A stretch of 64,000 nucleotides of DNA from the human T2T-CHM13v2.0 reference genome, Homo sapiens: assembly GCF_009914755.1 (NCBI RefSeq), contig NC_060948.1; one strand, written 5' to 3'. The notes under the pieces are model-generated. The model searched no databases, was not told the origin of the DNA, and worked only from the letters and a program-made list of their open reading frames with translations. A program made the position numbers and the translations under genes. Of the stretch, positions 12,647 through 25,149 are shown piece by piece; positions within the stretch are counted from its first letter, which is position 1; each line of letters starts with the position of its first letter.

Positions 12647-13791
12647 GTGATGTTTGGGTGGGGAAAGAAGCTGTATTTTTCAGTTCTGATAAAGTTTATT
12701 AGCTTCCCAAGTTGGGTCTGCTCCTGTCCCATATTCTAAAAAATATAGCTTATACTTCATTGTCCCCATAAAATTACACATTTTTTGTAATTCTAATTAT
12801 ATAAAATTAAAAACATTATCGTCTTCACTGCCTTTTGAGAAACCCTCATGTTTAGTATTATATGCATTCAGAAAGGCCTGTGATTTATCCTGGATATTTT
12901 ACTCAACTTGATTTCAAGATATTTTGATAAATGTGTAATTGTCCAGAAGTTGGCAGTAACTTATTGCCTCTGGTATATATTAATCCTAACCATGAGATAC
13001 TTTGTTTTTCACTTACAGAAAATTTTAACTTCTCTATCCCATGTGGAGTAATTTCTTATTTCATTGACCTCTAATATATTTTTCTTTGTAATATTTTACT
13101 TGATATATAACCTCCTGAATTCTTGTATATATTGGACTGAGACTGAAAGATGAGTAATTTTTCAATCTTCTGACATTTTACATGTCAATGTATCTCTAGG
13201 AAATTGCCTATAATAGGAAGTGAAGTTTTGATAGAAATTTCAAATAGATTCTTAGGAGTGAACCAAGGATGGGTATTTGATGTTGACCAGACACCCAATG
13301 TGTGGCTTCTCCTTTTACTACTATCTTGTGGAGACTAACTCTTCTTTTATGGGTTAGTACCATCATCTATGTAATAAACTGTACTTTGATGATATATCTA
13401 CAGAGATTCATGACAGATGAAATGAAAATGACAAAATAATAACTTTAATACAGTAACAATATTGACTGTTACAATATAATAACAGACAGGTCTTTATCTT
13501 CAAGGAAGTTAAGAACTATGGGTATTAGGGCCTTATGCTCTGAGTAGATGGCGTAACTCTGCTTAAAGTGTGTAGCAGGTGAAATGTCATGACATACATG
13601 ACATCTACAGCATCACAAACACTGTTGGGTAACAGGGTTTAGTTCTCACTTGCCCATGAATGTTTTATCCCTATATATGCTATCTCATATTATAAAATAA
13701 TGATCATTAGGTCTGACATACTGGCCATGAATATTAAATAGCTTTTATATTCACTGGGAAAACATGGTGTTTAATGGGCTCACTCTTTCAG

Positions 13792-13883
13792 GAAAAGCTG
13801 TTTCTTTGCAAGTGGAGCTCCTAGCTATTAATGTAAAGAAGGAGGAACTCAATCAATCTGTAAATTGTATGAAAGAATTTAAG
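13792..13883 (+). pseudogene. OFD1P: OFD1 exon 12 homologue (92 bp)
   Basis: AG/GT intact; KAVSLQVELLAINVKKEELNQSVNCMKEFK. Confidence 0.92.
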
Positions 13884-14570
13884 GTAATTGTTAAGCATAT
13901 TGTTTTTTGAAATAGATTTTAACCAGTATATGAAATTTTGGTCATACAAAATTTATCCCAAGTCACCTCTTGAGGTGTTTGGACTGCCATTAATATGACT
14001 AAGAGGGTGATGTCTGAAGTTAATTCAATAATTCTGAATTTCAATCAATATCACATAGGAAAGCATAGATAGTGCTTTGAGTCCTAGGGTCCTGCTTGAA
14101 TCCTGTATGTGTGTCTAATTGCTTGTGTGCCTTTGGGTAGGTTCTATGACTGCAGGGTCCTGAAATGTAAACGCTAGGATATTTTTCACATTATAGGGTT
14201 GTTGAAGGAATTCAGTGAGGTAACTTAAATGCCTACTTCACAGCAGGTGGCCAATACTATTATTGGTCTGGTCTACATCAGCCTGTTCTCTTCCTTCCAA
14301 AAGTAGCAGGTAAAAGTTCCTGTTGATACATTGTTATCTTACAGATTAAAACAAAATGAGGTGCATTTTTACATGCCATTTCTTCTTTACTTTTCATTCC
14401 TGAGCTTGCTGTCTGAAGGATGCATCTGGAATTTTAGGTATTTACAACATATTTTGTATATAAAATTAATTTTGCCAATTTAACTTATGTGAGAACTTTG
14501 TGGGATTTTGTACTCAAATATGAGACATAGTATACCCAAAAAAATAAAGCACTACACAACATGTTATAGA

Positions 14571-15173
14571 TTTTTTTTTTTGGCAGAGTCTTACTGTGTC
14601 ACCCTGGCTGGAGTGCACAGGCATGATCTCAGACCTCGGTTCACTGCAACCTCCACCTTCCAGGTTCAATGAATTCTTGTGTCTCAGCCTCCCGAGTAGC
14701 TGGGATTATAGTCATGTTCACCCACACCCGGCAGTTTGTGTATTGCTTTTTTTATTATTTTTTTCAAGATACAGTCCCTTCTGTCACCCAGGCTGGCATA
14801 TAATGCCGTGATCTGAGCTCACTGCAACCTTTGCCTCCTAGGTTCAAGCAATTTTCCTGCTTCAACCACCTAAGTGCCTGGGTTACAGTCGCCTGCTACC
14901 ACACCTGGCTAATTTTTGTATTGTTTTTACAGACTTGGTTTCACCATGTTGGCCAGGCTGGTCTCAAATTTCTGACCTCAATGGATCCACACATCTTGGC
15001 CTCCCAACATTCTTGGATTACAGGCATGGGCCACAGTGCCCTGCTGTATTTTTAGTAGAGATGGGGTTTTTCCATGTTGCCCAAGCTGGTCTGGAACAGC
15101 TGAGCTCAAGCAATACTCTCATCTTGGCCTCCCAAAGTGTTGGAATCACAGGCATGAGCCACCATGCCTGGCC
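14571..15173 (-). mobile_element. Nested Alus: one Alu (~14746-15042) inside the central linker of an older Alu
   Basis: Right arm 14571-14735, a complete second Alu, then tgtatttttagtagagatgggg left arm 15043-15173. Confidence 0.8.
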
Positions 15174-15478
15174 ATTTTTACCTTATATTTTCATATTTAA
15201 AATATGTATATATTTATATGATGTGTGATTGTTTTGGGGTTTTGGTTGTCTCTTGAAAATGTGATGATAATCTTAGAAGAACTTGCTTTATTGGATGTGG
15301 TCTATAAAACTTCCTCTGCCCCAACTCTAGGGCAGAAGATAATTTTTGTTGTGTAGTTAGGGACTTATTGCAGAGAATCAGACCTCTGTTTAGTCACCTT
15401 AGTTAAATTGTGACACAATGCTTAAAGGAGCCTGCCAGTTTGTACTTTTGCAGTGCTGTAAAGTCATTATTCAATTAT

Positions 15479-15739
15479 AATTTTTTTTTTTGAGACAGAA
15501 TCTGCACTCTGTTGCCAGGCTGTAGTGCAATGGCATGATCCTGGCTCACTGCAACTGCAGCGTCCAGAGTAGCTGGGAATACAGGCATGCACCACCATGC
15601 CCAATTAATTTTTGTATTTTTAGTAGAGATGGGGTTTCACCATCTTGAACAGGCTGGTCTCAAACTCCTGACCTCGTAATCCACCCAACTTGGCCTCCAA
15701 AAGTGCTGGGATTATAGCCATGAGCCACCACACCTGGAC

Positions 15740-15790
<51 letters not shown>

Positions 15791-15815
15791 GTATATATAT
15801 GTATATGTATATATG
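15479..15815 (-). mobile_element. AluS with an internal right-arm deletion, followed by a (TA)/(TG)n microsatellite
   Basis: Alu 15479-15737 lacks the cctcccgggttcaagcgattctcctgcctc segment; (TG)n at ~15749-15785. Confidence 0.85.
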
Positions 15816-15921
15816 ACTCTGAAATACAAATTTATATTTATAAACAATAATTTATAAATAAAAATATATTCATATAAGTATAATTTAAATTTATATGTAT
15901 ATATATTAAGTTAATTTTCAG

Positions 15922-16106
15922 TTAGGGTCTCTCAAAGCCCACTATTTGGCAATAACAAAACAAAAACGTATGCTTAATGAAAAGGTTAAAGAGATGCGTG
16001 ATTATTCACTACTAAAAGAAGAGAAACTGGGAGTTTCTGACACAAAATAAATTACTTAAATGACAAGTGGAAGAGAATAGAAATGAAAACTTGTGTCTCC
16101 TAAATC
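15922..16106 (+). pseudogene. OFD1P: OFD1 exon 13 homologue
   Basis: [33 protein letters not shown], frameshift, ...NKLLK*QVEENRNENLCLLN; donor GT>AT. Confidence 0.92.
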
Positions 16107-16118
16107 ATATATCTATTA

Positions 16119-16344
16119 TCCACCTCCTGGGTTCAAGGAATTCTCCTGCCTCAGCCTTCCTAGTAGCTGTGGTGCATGCCTACAGGCATGCACCACCACA
16201 TTCAGCTAATTTTTGTATTTTTTAGTAGAGACAGGATTTCACGATGTTGGCCAGGCTGGTCTCAAACTTTTAACCAAAAGTGATCCACCCACCTTGGGCT
16301 CCCAGAGTGCTGGGATTACAGGCATAAGCCACCGCACATGGCCT
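16119..16344 (-). mobile_element. AluS lacking its 3' end and tail
   Basis: Starts at tccacctcctgggttcaagg, 12 bp after OFD1 exon 13. Confidence 0.88.
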
Positions 16345-16964
16345 GCATGCTTTAGTAATTTATGTTATGTCAGCATTATAAAACTACGCTTTGTACCTGT
16401 AAGGGGAGGCTTAAATTGGGAAGATTTATAAAATTAAGATTACTGGATTAAACTCTGCTAACCTGCCTCTAGGTGGTATCCAGGCTTTCCTGGGCCTCTG
16501 TCTGCTGATTGGGTTTGGCCACTGGACACACCAACCTCCACATATAGTGGCCTTAGACTGGCTGCTGCATCTCAAGGCCAAGTGAGGTCATAGTGTCTGT
16601 GATGGCCTCTTCCAATTGTTCTTCACCACCTCCCTCTCTCCAGTGCTGAGAATTTCTCCCTTCTCTGATCTTCCATTCCCAAAGAGTGCTAACACTGTGG
16701 CCCTGTTACTCTCCCAGGGAACACTGCCATTATTTGTGGATACCCTGAATAAGTCACCCTTTATTAAAAATTTCTTAGATGACCTTGACTGTGGGAGCCT
16801 TCTGCCTTCTGCCTGGATCCCAACTGCTGCTGACAGATGCACAGATCATATTGGATCTTGGGGCTGTCATCAACAAGTAGACTAGGTAGAGAGCCACTTC
16901 TGTGCATGGTAGAGAACAGAAACAGTATTTCAAATTAATTTGAGGACTTAAAAGAGTTATTTTT

Positions 16965-18000
16965 TTTCTGTACCATTATGCATTCCACCACCAGTGAATG
17001 AATTCCTGTCTTTCCTTCAGCAAAGCATTTGTCATGTTTTAAAAACAATTTCACAGTTCTAGCAAATATAGACAGGCCATATCTCATTGTTTTAACTGTC
17101 ACTCCCTTAAGGATATACAAGATTGAGCATCTTTTTGTTTGCTTGCCATCTGTGTATCTTCATTGATGAGGTATCTGCTCAGCTCTTTACCCATTTTTAA
17201 TTGGATAGTCTCTCTTACTGTTGAGTTTCAATATTTCTTTGCATATTTTCAGAGCAAAGTCTTGCTTAGATCTGTAATTTGCAGATATTTCTCCTCAGAC
17301 TGTGGCTTATCTTTGTTTCCTGACAAGATTTTATGCAGAGTATAAACTTTTAATATGAGAAGGCCTACATTGTTAATTAATTTTTCTGTTATGGATAAGC
17401 TTTGGTGTCATATATTAAAACTCATGACCAAACCCAAGGTCACATAGGTCTCTTTCTGTGGTTTCTTCTATAATTTGAATAGTTTTACACTTTAAGTCTC
17501 AGAACTATGTTGAGAAAAATTTTGTGTAAGTTGTAAAATGTGCCATCTCTGTTCATTTCATTGCCTGTGGTTTCCGGTTAATGGTCTCTTCATCATTTTC
17601 AGCAAAAAACAAACAACAACAAAAAAAACCCAGGATAATAGCAGCATTTCAGATGGAATTTCCAAAATGATGGTGCTGAACAATCTGAAGTCTGCTTTTA
17701 TTTGGTGCCTTAGGCCAGTCAGGAGAGAATGCATAGCTGCCCCACCATGACCACCTGGGTCCTGCAGTTCTGCCGGCAGCCAGACGGGGCACATGAGACT
17801 ACCTTTTCTGACCCTGGGAGGGCCCACGTGTTCAATGCATGCCACCTGAGGACAAGAGCTACCTTCTCCTCAGCACAGACCCCAGCCATACTGCCTCACT
17901 CCAGGACAGTAGGAGGCAGAAATAAGTGAAAACCTTCCTCTAACTGCTGAGGATCAGGGGCCCACTAGAAGGCCTTTGTGTGGAAAATTAGAAACAAAAA
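16965..18000. repeat. Copy A of an old ~1 kb direct duplication (antisense L1M fragment plus a non-L1 exon-like segment)
   Basis: Colinear with 50195-51175; both carry aaaactcatgaccaaacccaagg and gaatttccaaaatgatgg...ctgaacaatctgaa. Confidence 0.85.
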
Positions 18001-18117
18001 AATCCTACAGCTCTAGTGCACCCCAAGGTCTTTCCCCACACCCAAGGTGTGATGGCCACAATGCCAGGTGTGCGCCAAGGCCTCGTGGCCTTGTGACACA
18101 ACTATAGCATTTATCAC

Positions 18118-18700
18118 ACAATTATAACATCTACAATAGAGAGATACAACATCCATAAACAAATACATTACCTACAATACAGATGTGACACTTGTAATAC
18201 TAATGTAACACCTGTAATACTGATCTAACACCTGTAATACAACTGTAACACTCATAACAACAATAAAACACTCAGAAAACCAATATCACATCTGCAATAC
18301 AAATATAATAACCATAATACTGATCTAACACCCTTAATAGAACTCTATCTCTCATAATACCAGTGTCGATTCACAATAAAAATAAAACATCCATAACACT
18401 GATGTAACATCCATAATGCTGTCTTGAAACCTGTAATAGAATTGCAACACTCATAATACCAACATACCACTCATAATACCAATATACCATCCACTATACA
18501 AATATAACAACTTTCATACTGATGTAACAACTGTAATACTGATGTAACACCTGTAATACTAATATAACACTCATAATACTACTGTAACATTTGTAATACA
18601 AATAGAACAACCATAACACTGATGTAACACCCATAAGTACTGAGGTAACCCTGTCATACAGATGTAAGACCTGCAATACTGATATAACATTCCTACACTT
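18118..18700. repeat. Degenerate minisatellite, 20-bp unit (~TGATGTAACACCTGTAATAC), about 28-29 copies
   Basis: Clear 20-nt phase, e.g. taatgtaacacctgtaatac tgatctaacacctgtaatac; gatgtaacaactgtaatact gatgtaacacctgtaatact. Confidence 0.9.
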
Positions 18701-19109
18701 ACAAAGGCACTTGGTTTCACAGCTTCCACTGAAGCTGGATTTGGCTCCTTTAATGGAGTTTGATGTTGTTGTCTCTGCTTTAGTGACATGGTATTGACAT
18801 GGTTGTTTTTATTAAAAAGGAGTTTACTTCCCAACAATTTTCTACCTCTAGGAAATGTGAAATAGCAGTTAGTATACTTTATCCTTTCTCCCAGATTCCC
18901 AACTGGTTATTGCTGTGCCATATTTGCAGCTTCATTCAAAGTATCCCACTGTGTTTTAACAAAAGTGGAAACACTCTCCCAAATTACCATCATATAACTA
19001 CCAAATCAGGAAATACAGGGTTAGTATTGGTAATTGTAATGGCAAAATATTTATTTACAAGCACAAATTTAATCCTGTCACTTTCCTGATTTAATTGTCT
19101 TAATGGTTG

Positions 19110-19837
19110 TGAGAGGTGAAGCCACCTGGACTTCCTGGGTCGAGTGGGGACTTACAGAAGTTTTCTGTCTAGCTAAAGGATTGTACATGCACCAATCAGC
19201 ACTCTGTGTGTAGGTGAAAGTTTGCAAATGCCCCAACCAGCACTCTGTAAACAGGCACCAATCAGTGCTCTGTGTCTAGCTAAAGGTTTGTAAACACAAC
19301 AATCAGCACTCTGTAAAACAGACCACCAGCACTTTATAAAATGGACGAATCAGCAGAACGTGGGTGGGAACAAACAAAACAATAAAATCTGGCCACCCCA
19401 GCCAGCAACAGCCACCTGCTTGGGTCACTTTCCACTCCGTGAGAGCTTCATTCTTTTGTTCTTCATAATAAGTCTTGCTGCTGCTCACTCTTTGGGTCTG
19501 CACTAACTTTGTGAGCTGTAACACTCACCACGAGGGTCTGTGGCTTCATTCCTGAAGTCAGCAAGACAGCAAACCCACCAGGAGGAACAAAGAACTCTGG
19601 ACATGCCACCTTTAAGAGCTGTAAAACTCACTGCCCAGGTCTGCGGCTTCACTTATAAAGTCAGCAAGACCAAAAACCTACCAGAAGGAAGAAACTCCAG
19701 GCACATCTGAACATCTAAAGGAACAAACTCCGGACACACCATCTTTAGAACTGTAATACTCACTGCGAGGGTCCATGGCTTCATTCTCGTAGTCAGTGAA
19801 ACCAAGAACTCACCAGAAGCAACCAATTCTGGACATA
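19110..19837 (+). promoter_or_regulatory. 5' LTR12 with repeated CCAAT (NF-Y) enhancer units
   Basis: tgagaggtgaagcc...tctagctaaagg/accaatcagcactctg repeats...ccaattctggacata; AATAAA TATA-like motif at ~19381. Confidence 0.92.
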
Positions 19838-19840
19838 CTT

Positions 19841-19858
19841 TGTTGATCCCGATGGGAC
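19841..19858 (+). other. Degenerate tRNA-Arg primer binding site
   Basis: tgttgatcccgatgggac vs expected TGGCGACCCAGATGGGAC (4 mismatches), just after the 5' LTR. Confidence 0.6.
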
Positions 19859-21167
19859 ACTCACCAAGCGGTGAATACCATCGGACCCCTTTCACTTGCT
19901 ATTCTGTCCTATTTTTCCTTAGAATTCAGAGACTAAATACTGGGCACCTGTTGAACTGTTAAAAGTGACTAGCATGGCCACCAGACTAAAGACGTGAGTG
20001 TCAGGCTTTCTGGGAAAAGGCTCTCTAACAAACCCAGACTCTTTGGAGTTGGGAGTGTTGGTTTGCCTGGAACCAACTTCTGCTCTTCCTGTACTTCTGG
20101 GATGAGCCAGGGGTCAACAGAAAGGAAAGCCATTCAGTTCTGGGGTCCCAACAAGTTGGTGGACCCAGTGGCCATGAGCAGAACTCTCAAAGTCATGTCG
20201 CCCAAGCGAGACTCGCCCATCTATCCTATCTATCCTGATGCTTGCCTCCTGGGTCCTAATGCTTGTCAAACTTCCTCTTGCCTTTCTTCTCCTAGGCTAG
20301 TCCTGCTTCTAAAAACCACTCCTTGTCACTGGTGTTTTCTAGTTTATCCTATAAGAATGATTTCTAGTATAAACTTCAGGGTGCTTTTACCTTCTTTAGC
20401 TACCCAGGCTCACCAATCAGAAAGACATAATTTTTGCCCAAAGCCCCATCAGGGGTTAGGGTTACTATCTGGAATTTTAGGATGCTTCCTTAGACTGGCA
20501 GGCCTAAAATAAGCAATTCCTGAAGCTAGGATATGAAGAGCTTCAGAAATGGTATCTTTCCTATTCATATGAAGACAAAAGGCATCACTCTTCCAACTCT
20601 TGAGATCCCTTCCCTTACTCAGGGTATGGCCCCCCACTTCATATTTGGGGCCTAACATCATTATAGGACAGTTGTAAGATCCCAATACTAACAGGAGAAT
20701 GCTTAGGACTCTACAAGGTTTTCAAGAATGTGTCAGTAGGAGCCACTAAATCCAATTTTTCTTGGTCCCCTGCACCTTTGCCACCCTAGGAGGAGAGGCA
20801 AAGTTGCAGGTTTTTCAGAATGTGTCAGTAAGGGCCACTAAATCCAACCTTTCTCAGTCCTGTTTGTGGTCTAGGAGGAAAACTAATGTTTCTGCTGCTG
20901 CATCAGTGAGTGCAACTGTTCCAATCAGCAGGGTCCAGGGACGATTGTGGGTTTCTGGGCAAGAGGTGTTTCTGCTGCTGCATCAGTGAGTCAACTATTA
21001 TGATCAGCAGGGTCCAGGGACTGTTGTGGGTTCTTGGGCAAGAGGTGTTTTTGCTGCTGCATTGGTGAGCACAACTATTCTGATCAGCAGGGTCCAGGGA
21101 CCATTGTGGGTTCTTGGGCAGGGGGAGAAACAGACAAACCAAAACTGCTGGTTGTTTTGTCTTTCAG

Positions 21168-22246
21168 ATGGGAAACTCTCAGGTATCAACAGGCTCACCC
21201 TTGGAATTCATCTTAAGCCACTGGGACCAATATGACCCACAAACCCTGAAAAGCAGGAGGCTCATTTTTTTCTGCACTATGGCCTGGCCCCAATATTCTC
21301 TCTCTGATGGGGAAAAATGGCCACCTGAGGGAAGTATAAATTACAATACTATCCTGCAGCTTGACTTTTTCTGTAAGAGGGAAGGCAAATGGAGTGAAAT
21401 GCCTTATGTCCAAGCTTTCTTTTCATTGAAGGAGAATACACAACTATGCAAAGCTTGCAATTTACATCCTAGAGGAGGACCTTTCAGGTTACCTTCATAC
21501 CCAGCCTCCGCTAATCTCCCTTGCCCAGAAGGAAACAAGAAAAGAAATCTCCAAAGGACCACAAAAACCCCCAGGCTATTAGTTATGTCCCCTTCAAGCT
21601 ATAAGGGGAGGGGAATTTGGCCCAACCAGGGCACATGTCCCCTTCTCCCTCTCTGATTTAAAGCAGATCAAGGCAAACCTGGGGAAGTTTTCAGATGATC
21701 CTGATAGGTACATAGATGTCCTACAGGGTCTAGGGCAAACCTTCAATCTCACTTGGAGAGACATCATGCTATTGTTAGATCAAACCCCGGCCTTTAATGA
21801 AAAGATTGTGGCTTTAGCTGCAGCCTGAGAGTTTGGAGATACTTGCTGTCTTAGTCAAGTAAATAATAGAATGACAGCTGAAGAAAGGCTCAAATTCCCT
21901 ACCATTCAACAAGACATTCCCTGTATGGATCCCCACTGGGAAATTGACTCAGATCATGGGGACTGGGAGTCATAAATATCTATTGACCTGTGTTCTAGAA
22001 GGACTAAGGAGAATTAGGAAGAAACCATGAGTTATTCAATGATGTCCAACTTAACTCAGGGAAAAGAAGAAAATCCTTCTGCTTTCCTTGAGCAGCTGTG
22101 GGAGGCCTTAAGAAAATATACTGCCCTGTCACCCAACTAACTCAAGGGTCAGTTGATTCTAAAAGATAAATTTATTACCCAATCAGCCACAGATATCAGG
22201 AGAAAATTCCAAAAGCAAGCCCTGGGCCCTGAACAAAATCTGGAGG

Positions 22247-22291
<45 letters not shown>

Positions 22292-22727
22292 ATTTTGAGA
22301 CAAAGTCTTTCTCTGTTGCCCAGGCTGGAGTGGAGTGCAGTGTCACCATCTTGGCTCACTGCAAGCTCTGCCATCTGGTGGCATTATAAAACCTGGCAAC
22401 CTCGGTATTCTGTAATAGGGACCAAGAGGAACAGGCCCAAAAGGAAAAGCGAGATCAGAGACAGGCCACAGCCTTAGTGATGGCCTCAGGCAAACAAATC
22501 TTGGTGGTTCAGAGAGGACAGAAAATGGAGCAGGCCAATCACCTGATAGGGCTTTTTACAAGTGTGGTTTATAAGGACATTTTTAAAAAGATTGTCCAAT
22601 GAGAAAAAGGCCACTCCCTCATCCATATGCACAATGCTGAGGCAATCACTAGAAGGCACACTGCCTCAGAGGGCAAAGGTTCTCTGGACCAGGAGCCCCC
22701 AACCAGATGAACCAACAACAGGACTGA
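21168..22727 (+). pseudogene. gag: ERV9 gag, disrupted
   Basis: MGNSQVSTGSPLEFILSHWDQYDPQTLK...WPPEGSINYNTILQLDFFC; TQGKEENPSAFLE; ILKDKFITQSA. Confidence 0.92.
22255..22372 (-). mobile_element. 5'-truncated AluY-like insertion (~80 bp plus a (TAA)n tail) in gag
   Basis: TSD atctggaggcatta (22238) / atctggtggcatta (22373); AluY-type ctgcaagctc. Confidence 0.88.
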
Positions 22728-24975
22728 GGGTGACTAGGGAAGCACCAGCTCATATCATCTCCCTCACTGAGCCCCGGGTACATTTAACCATTAAGGACTA
22801 GGAAATTGACTTCCTCCTAGACACTGGTGCAGCCTTCTCAGTGTTAATCTCCTGTCACAGATGACTGTCCTCAAGGTCCATTACCATCCAAGGAATCCTG
22901 GGACAGCCTGTAACCAGGTATTTCTCCCACCACCTCAGTTGTATTTGGGAGACTTTGCTCCTTTCACATTCCTTTCTTGTTATGCCTGAAAGTCTCACAC
23001 CCTTATTAGGGAGGGATATATTAGCCAAAGCTTGAGCTATTATCTACATGAATATGGGGAACAAGTTACCCATTTGTTGTTCCCTATTTGAGGAGGGAAT
23101 CAACCCTGAAGTCTGGGTATTGGGAAGACAATTCAGAAGGGAAAAATGCCTGCCCAATCCAAATCAGTCTAAAAGACCCCACCACTTTTCCTTATCAAAG
23201 GCAATAACCCCTAAGGCCTCAAGCTCATAAAGGATTACAGGATATTGTTAAACATTTAAAAGCTCAAGGCTTAGTAAGGCAATGCAGCAGTCCTTGCAAT
23301 AGCCCAATTCTAGAAGTACAAAAACAGAACCATCAGTGGAGTCTAGTGCAAGATCATAGACTCATCAATGAGGCAGTAATTCCTGTATATCCAGTTGTAA
23401 CAAACCCCTATAACCTGCTCTCTTAAATACCAGAGGAAGCAGAATTTTTCACTGTTCTGGACCTCAAGGATGCCTTCTTCTGTATTCCCCTACACTCTGA
23501 CTCCCAGTTTCCCTTTGCCTTTGAGGATCCCACAGACCACACATTCCAACTTATGTGGATGGTCTTGCCCCAAGGGCTTAGGGATAGCCCTCACCTGTTT
23601 CACTGTGCACTGGCCCAAGATTTGGGCCAATTCTCAAGTCCAGGCAGTCTGGTCCTTCACTATGTGGATGATTTACTTTTGGCTACCAGGTTGGAAGCCT
23701 CATGCCAGTAGGCTACTCTAGATCTCTTGAACTTTCAAGCTAATCAGGGGTACAAGGTCTCTTGGTTGAAGGCCCAGGTTTGCCTGGACCAGGTCAAATA
23801 TCTAGGCTTAATCTTAGCCAGAGGGACTAGGGCCCTCAGCAAGGAATGAATACAGCCTATACTGGCTTATCCTTACCCTAAGACATTAAAACAGCTGTGG
23901 GGGTTCCTTGGAAACACCAGCTTTTGCCAACAATGGATCCATGGATACAGTGAGATGGCCAGATCATTCTATACTCTAATCAAGGACACCCAGAAAGCAA
24001 ATATTTATCTAGTAGAATGGGAACTAGGGCAGAAAGAGCCTTCAAACCCTTAAAGCAGGCCCTAGCACAAGCTCCAGATTTAAGCCTTCCCACAGGACAA
24101 AACTTCTCTTTGTACATCATAGAGAGAGCAGAGATAGCTCTTAGAGTCCTTAATCAGACTCGTGGGACAACCCCAAAACCAGTGGCATACCTAAGTAAGG
24201 AAATTGATGTAGTAGCAAAAGGCTGGCCTCACTGTTTACAGGTGGTTGTGGTGGTGACTGTCTTAGTGTCAGAGGCTATCAAAATAATACAAGGAAAGGA
24301 TCTCACTCTCTGGACTACTCATGATGTAAATGGCAGATGAGGTGCCAAAAGAAGTTTATGGTTATCAGACAATCACCTGCTTAGATACCAGGTGCTACTC
24401 CTTGAGGGAATGTTGTTTCAAATATGCATGTTTTTGGCCCTCAACCCTGCTGTTTTTCTCCCAGAGAATGGGGAACCAATCGAGCATGACTGCCAACAGA
24501 TTATAGTCCAGACTAATGCTGACCAAGATGATATCTTAGAAGTTTCCTTAGGTAATCATGACCTTAACATATTTACCAGTGGAAGTTCATTTGTGGAGAA
24601 TGGGATACAAAGGGCACGTTATGCCATAATTAGTAATGTAACCATACTAGAAAGTAAGCCTCTTCCCCCAGGGACCAGCACCCCATTGGCAGAGCTAGTG
24701 GCACTTACCTGAGCCTTAGAACTTAGAAAGAGAGAAAGAATAAATATGTATACAGATAGCAAGTATGCTTATCTAATCCTACATGCCTATGCTGCAATAT
24801 AGAAAGAAAGGGAGTTCCTAACCTCTGAGGGAACCCCCATTAAATACCACAAAGAAATTATGGAGTTATTGCATGCAGTGCAAAAACCCAAGGAGGTGGC
24901 AGTCTTACACTGCTGAAGCCATCAAAAAGGGGAAGGGGGGTGGAGAGCAGCAGCCCAAGTGGCTGGCAGAGTCAG
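22728..24975 (+). pseudogene. pol: ERV9 pro-pol (protease, RT, RNase H), disrupted, no integrase
   Basis: EIDFLLDTGAAFSV (~22802), LDLKDAFF (~23457), YVDD (23661-23672), PVAYLSKEID, YTDSKYA (~24748). Confidence 0.92.
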
Positions 24976-25149
24976 GGAAAGACCAGCAGAAAGGAAAGAG
25001 AGAAAGAGATAGAAAGTGACAGAGAGAGAGAGGAAGTGACAGAGAGAAAGAGAGAGAGAGTCAGGGAGGAAGAGACAAAGAAGGACTCAGAAAAAGAGAA
25101 AGAGGGAAACAAACAAGAAGTCAAAGAGAAAGAAAGAGATGGAAGTGCT

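Noticed and set aside
18118-18700. Regularly spaced repeats as a possible CRISPR array
   Set aside because: Head-to-tail degenerate 20-mers with no unique spacers, no cas genes, and primate context
20889-21120. Three ~80-bp tandem repeats
   Set aside because: Normal feature of the ERV9 leader
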